From positions 1 to 10,540 of the forward strand of contig JAXHVD010000040.1 of assembly GCA_034189385.1 (NCBI GenBank): a stretch of DNA of 10,540 bases. The letters run 5' to 3'. This document shows positions 7,253-10,540 of this stretch, in pieces. Source of the stretch: Thermodesulfobacteriota bacterium (GTDB taxonomy: Bacteria; Desulfobacterota; Desulfobacteria; Desulfobacterales; C00003060). The notes beneath the pieces were generated by a model. It was not told the DNA's origin. It worked only from the letters and a program-made list of their open reading frames with translations, and did no database searches. The translations under genes were made by a program, and so were the position numbers. How positions within the stretch are numbered: position 1 is the stretch's first letter; each line of letters begins with the position of its first letter.

Positions 7253-8029
7253 TTAGAATCCGCCGCCGGCACCGCCGCCTCCACTCATGCCGCCGCCAAA
7301 GCCGCCGAAGCCGCCGCCAAAGCCGCCGAAACTTCCGCCAAAACCGCCCCGACCATATCCTCCAGAATATCCGCCGCCCCGGCCCATGCCCATGAGCAAC
7401 AAGAGGGGCCAGATGCCACCTCGTCTCCGTCCCATGGAAAAGAAAAGCACAAAGAAGATCAACGCAAGCAAGACCTTGATAAGGCTGCCGCCACTTCTGG
7501 CAGGCGGCCTCACGGGGGCTTGGCCTGTCAGGCGAACGCCTTGATCCTTGGCAATGATCTGGGCGATGGCAAGGGTGCCGTTCAAGAGCCCCTTGCCGAA
7601 TTGGTTCTGCCTTAGGTAGGGGATCATATATTGGTCGCGGATCTGACCGGCCAGGCCATCGGGGATGAGCCCTTCTATGCCGTATCCGGTTTCGATGCGC
7701 ATCTTCCGTTCTTTGATGGTCACAAAGAGAAGCACCCCTCTGTCCTTGCCCTTTTCCCCGATGCCCCAGGCTGCGTAAAGACGGTTGGCGTATTCGTTGT
7801 AATCCTCGCCGCCGATCTCCGGCATGGTGACCACGACGATCGGCACCTCAGTCTTTTTAAGAAGTTCTCCCGTAACCTGAACCAACCGCTGTTCATCATC
7901 GGCGGAGATGACATCGGCAAAGTCGTTGACGAGGCCCTTCGGCTTTGGGAATTCCTCTGCCCCGAGGGCCAGGGCTGACACGATGAGGGTAAAAAATAGA
8001 ACGGCGGTGAGGATTGTAAGACGCTTCAT
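7253..8029 (-). CDS. TPM domain (DUF477/YgcG-like) membrane protein with Gly-rich tail
   Basis: Signal peptide MKRLTILTAVLFFTLIVSALA, then VNDFADVIS, YANRLYAAWGIGEKGKDRGVLL and ERKMRIETGYGIEGLIPD, a C-terminal TM segment and GGFGGFGGGMSGGGGAGGGF. Start 8029 (or 8050) preferred over TTG 8173. Confidence 0.92.
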   Translation of the reverse strand: MKRLTILTAVLFFTLIVSALALGAEEFPKPKGLVNDFADVISADDEQRLVQVTGELLKKTEVPIVVVTMPEIGGEDYNEYANRLYAAWGIGEKGKDRGVLLFVTIKERKMRIETGYGIEGLIPDGLAGQIRDQYMIPYLRQNQFGKGLLNGTLAIAQIIAKDQGVRLTGQAPVRPPARSGGSLIKVLLALIFFVLFFSMGRRRGGIWPLLLLMGMGRGGGYSGGYGRGGFGGSFGGFGGGFGGFGGGMSGGGGAGGGF

Positions 8030-8099
8030 TTGTATAGGCCATCGGTTCATGGGCAATAAGCCTGGCTCCCACAAAACCTTGCCAGGTCGCTTGATATCA

Positions 8100-8108
8100 A
8101 CTATATCA
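8100..8108 (-). promoter_or_regulatory. Candidate extended -10 promoter (TGnTATAGT) for the TPM-NTase-lemA run
   Basis: Minus strand reads TGATATAGT. It abuts a perfect 10-bp palindrome TTGATATCAA (8091-8100). No good -35 box. Confidence 0.3.
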
Positions 8109-8211
8109 GAGAGCATTTGTAAAGGAAAAACCCAAAGATCATTTGGCGGTTGCCCCTGTCTTTTCAATGCCAAAACGGTTGTGCAAGCCTGTCGTGTAGG
8201 GAGTCGAGACC

Positions 8212-9249
8212 ATGAGGCTCGGGATCATTGGTCTTCCAGGATCAGGCAGATCCACGATCTTTCAGGCCCTTACTCGGACCAAGCCCGAAGAATGGGGGAA
8301 AAAGGCCCCTCTTATCGGTACGGTCCTTGTCCCTGATGAGCGCGTTAACGCCCTGACCAGACTTTTTAAACCCAAGAAAACCGTCTATGCCCATCTGGAG
8401 TATATCCTTCCATGGGGGGGCACGACCCAGACCCACGACAGGAAGGGCGACGAAGGCCTATGGAGCGAGGCGCGTCCCTGCGATGCCCTGGTCCATGTGG
8501 TACGCAATTTTGGCTTGCCAGGGGCCGATGGCCCCAATCCGCAGGAGGATCTTCTCGGCCTTGAGAGCGACATGGTTTTTGCTGATCTTGTGGTCGTGGA
8601 AAAGCGCATTGAGCGTATGGATCTGGACAGAAAACGGGGCAAGGAGATGAACGATGAGGAGCGAGGGCTGCTGGAAACATGCCGAAAGGTCCTGGAGGAT
8701 GAAAGGCCCCTTCGGGATGATCCTGAACTCGCCGCAGCCCCCCTTCTCAGGGGATACACCTTCCTTTCGGCAAAACCAGTTCTGATCGTCTATAACAACG
8801 ACGATGAAGACGAAGACTGTCCTCCTGGGTATGATTCTTCGGCCCTTACCAACGCCGTTGTGGTTCGGGGAAAGCTTGAAACAGAGCTTGCCGAACTCTC
8901 CCCTGAAGAGGCAGAAGAGTTCTTGGAAGCCTATCATGTCAAGGGATCGGCTACGGACCGGGTAGTGCGGCATTCCTGCGATTTGATGGGCCTTATCTCA
9001 TTTTTCACGGTGGTTCATGACGAGGTGCGCTGTTGGATGATCCCCAAGGGGACGACGGCATTGGATGGGGCCGGGGTGATCCACTCTGACATGAAAAAAG
9101 GGTTTATCCGTGCCGAGGTCTTGGCCTTTGATGATTTGATCGCCGCAGGGACCTACCAGGAAGCGAAGAAGGAGGCCAAGGTCCGCCTTGAGGGGAAGGA
9201 CTATGTGGTGCAAGATGGAGACGTGATCTATTTTCGCTTCAATGTCTAG
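8212..9249 (+). CDS. YchF/Obg-like protein with C-terminal TGS (DUF933) domain and divergent G-motifs
   Basis: N-terminus MRLGIIGLPGSGRSTIFQALT, VPDERV..L...FKPKK, DALVHVVRNF and FLSAKP. C-terminus ISFFT...EVRCW...AGVIHSDMKKGFIRAEV...RLEGKDYVVQDGDVIYFRFNV is typical of YchF. SD AGGGAG upstream. Confidence 0.88.
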   Translation: MRLGIIGLPGSGRSTIFQALTRTKPEEWGKKAPLIGTVLVPDERVNALTRLFKPKKTVYAHLEYILPWGGTTQTHDRKGDEGLWSEARPCDALVHVVRNFGLPGADGPNPQEDLLGLESDMVFADLVVVEKRIERMDLDRKRGKEMNDEERGLLETCRKVLEDERPLRDDPELAAAPLLRGYTFLSAKPVLIVYNNDDEDEDCPPGYDSSALTNAVVVRGKLETELAELSPEEAEEFLEAYHVKGSATDRVVRHSCDLMGLISFFTVVHDEVRCWMIPKGTTALDGAGVIHSDMKKGFIRAEVLAFDDLIAAGTYQEAKKEAKVRLEGKDYVVQDGDVIYFRFNV

Positions 9250-9274
9250 ATGTTGAGGAGGCGGCTGCGATAAG

Positions 9275-9302
9275 TTGACAAAGCCCATTTCTGCATTATT
9301 TT
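9275..9302 (+). promoter_or_regulatory. Candidate sigma70 promoter for dnaJ
   Basis: Perfect -35 TTGACA (9275-80), 16-nt spacer, then TATTTT (9297-9302). Confidence 0.45.
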
Positions 9303-9323
9303 TATGGGTTAAGGCGATAACCC

Positions 9324-9472
9324 GCAACTTCTCAAAAACTTAGGGCGACAGGTGGTTCAATACTCCTTTTCCTTTAGGGTCACTCGTAAGCGAGTTTCAG
9401 ACGTTTTCAAATTCAACTACCTGGCGGCCGACTTCGTCTTAGGAGCTTTGGCAGAACTTATTGAGAAGTTGC
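9324..9472. mobile_element. 149-bp MITE (non-autonomous) with TIRs and 8-bp target-site duplication
   Basis: TIR GCAACTTCTCAA (9324-35) / TTGAGAAGTTGC (9461-72): 12 bp perfect, 16/18 when extended. Flanked directly by GATAACCC at 9316-23 and 9473-80. No transposase ORF. Confidence 0.8.
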
Positions 9473-9510
9473 GATAACCCACCTGTGACAAATACGGGAT
9501 AGAGAAAAAT

Positions 9511-10540
9511 ATGACGACCAAACGGGATTATTATGAGGTCCTCGGTGTTAGTCGCGACGCCGATGATGACCAGATCAAGTCCAATTATCGAAAACTGGCC
9601 CTGAAATACCATCCAGACCGCAATCCCGGTGACAAGGAAGCTGAAGAAAACTTCAAGGAAGCCGCCGAGGCCTACGAGGTGTTAAGAGATGCCCAGAAAA
9701 GGGGAATCTACGACCAGTATGGCCATGAAGGGCTTCAAGGGACCGGATTTTCAGGGTTCAGAGGATTTGAGGACATATTTTCCAGCTTCGGCGACATCTT
9801 TGAAGATTTTTTCGGATTCGGCACGGGAAGGCGTCATAGGACCGCGGCACGGCGCGGGGCAGACCTTAGATATGATCTCTCCGTAAGCTTCATGGACGCA
9901 GCCTTTGGGGTTGACACGGAAATTGAGATCGAAAAGCTGGAGACCTGTGAGGCTTGCGAGGGTGCGGGATGTGAGCCTGGGACTACGCCGGAGAATTGTC
10001 AGCATTGTGGCGGAAGCGGTCAAATCAGTCGCAGTCAGGGGTTTTTCAGCATCCGAACCACCTGTCCCTACTGTCGGGGCGAAGGCCAGAAGATCACACA
10101 CCCCTGTGAAGAATGCCGTGGGACAGGACAGCTTGAGCGAAAGAAAAAGGTCTCTGTCAAGATGCCTGCCGGGGTTGACACGGGCTCAAGGTTGAGACTT
10201 ACCGGTGAAGGGGAAAGCGGTATGCGTGGTGGCCCGCCCGGAGACCTCTACATCTATGTCCACGTTGAACCCCATGACTTTTTCAAACGAAACAACAATG
10301 ATGTGATCTGCCAGATCCCCATCTCTTTTGTTCAAGCGACACTTGGTGACGACATCGATGTGCCTACCCTAAATGGAGATAAGAATCTTCACATCCCCAA
10401 GGGAACCCAGGCGGGAGAGATCTTTCGTTTTAAAGGCGAAGGCATCCCCTCGCTCAGGGGCTACGGCAGAGGGGATCAGATCATTCAGGTGATGGTCAAG
10501 ACCCCCACAGGGATAAGCAAGAAACAAGAAGCCCTCCTGA
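9511..10540 (+). CDS. dnaJ: Molecular chaperone DnaJ (class A), 3' truncated by window
   Basis: [13 protein letters not shown]...[33 protein letters not shown] (J domain with HPD), a G/F-rich region, four CxxCxGxG repeats ([32 protein letters not shown]), PAGVDTG and GGPPGDL. Open to the window end; absent from the ORF track. Confidence 0.97.
   Translation, partial: MTTKRDYYEVLGVSRDADDDQIKSNYRKLALKYHPDRNPGDKEAEENFKEAAEAYEVLRDAQKRGIYDQYGHEGLQGTGFSGFRGFEDIFSSFGDIFEDFFGFGTGRRHRTAARRGADLRYDLSVSFMDAAFGVDTEIEIEKLETCEACEGAGCEPGTTPENCQHCGGSGQISRSQGFFSIRTTCPYCRGEGQKITHPCEECRGTGQLERKKKVSVKMPAGVDTGSRLRLTGEGESGMRGGPPGDLYIYVHVEPHDFFKRNNNDVICQIPISFVQATLGDDIDVPTLNGDKNLHIPKGTQAGEIFRFKGEGIPSLRGYGRGDQIIQVMVKTPTGISKKQEALL

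Noticed and set aside
6960..7284. Short ORFs 6960-7163 (+) and 7102-7284 (-)
   Set aside because: They run through palindromic repeats; VIPAHAGIQ-type peptides are typical translation artefacts of such repeats.
7255..7345. Tandem GCCGCC(A/G)AA repeats, including a 21-bp duplication
   Set aside because: They encode the GGFGG low-complexity tail of the TPM protein; there are no spacers, so this is not CRISPR.
8030..8173. N-terminal extension of the TPM ORF from TTG 8173
   Set aside because: It precedes a clear signal peptide and overlaps the divergent promoter region, so it is likely not translated.

Overview
This looks like a chromosomal window from a bacterium resembling Desulfobacterota/Deltaproteobacteria (inferred from gene content and intergenic repeat style). 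On the + strand it starts with the 3' end of a DUF3047-like gene, a GNAT acetyltransferase with a possible 23-aa leader ORF, and a nitroreductase. A minus-strand run follows, read in transcription order as: TPM-domain membrane protein, pol-beta-fold nucleotidyltransferase-like protein, LemA, a 1156-aa fusion of an EndoQ-like PHP nuclease with a UvrD/PcrA helicase ending in a beta-clamp-type motif (QLSLF), and a hypothetical protein. Divergent from these are a YchF-like protein with degenerate nucleotide-binding motifs and a partial stand-alone dnaJ. The intergenic DNA carries several small palindromic elements: a 149-bp MITE with TIRs and an 8-bp target duplication upstream of dnaJ, a cluster of nested REP-like hairpins at 7031-7225, and a partial copy of one of them at 2021-2048. 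All calls are by-eye motif recognition with no database searches.
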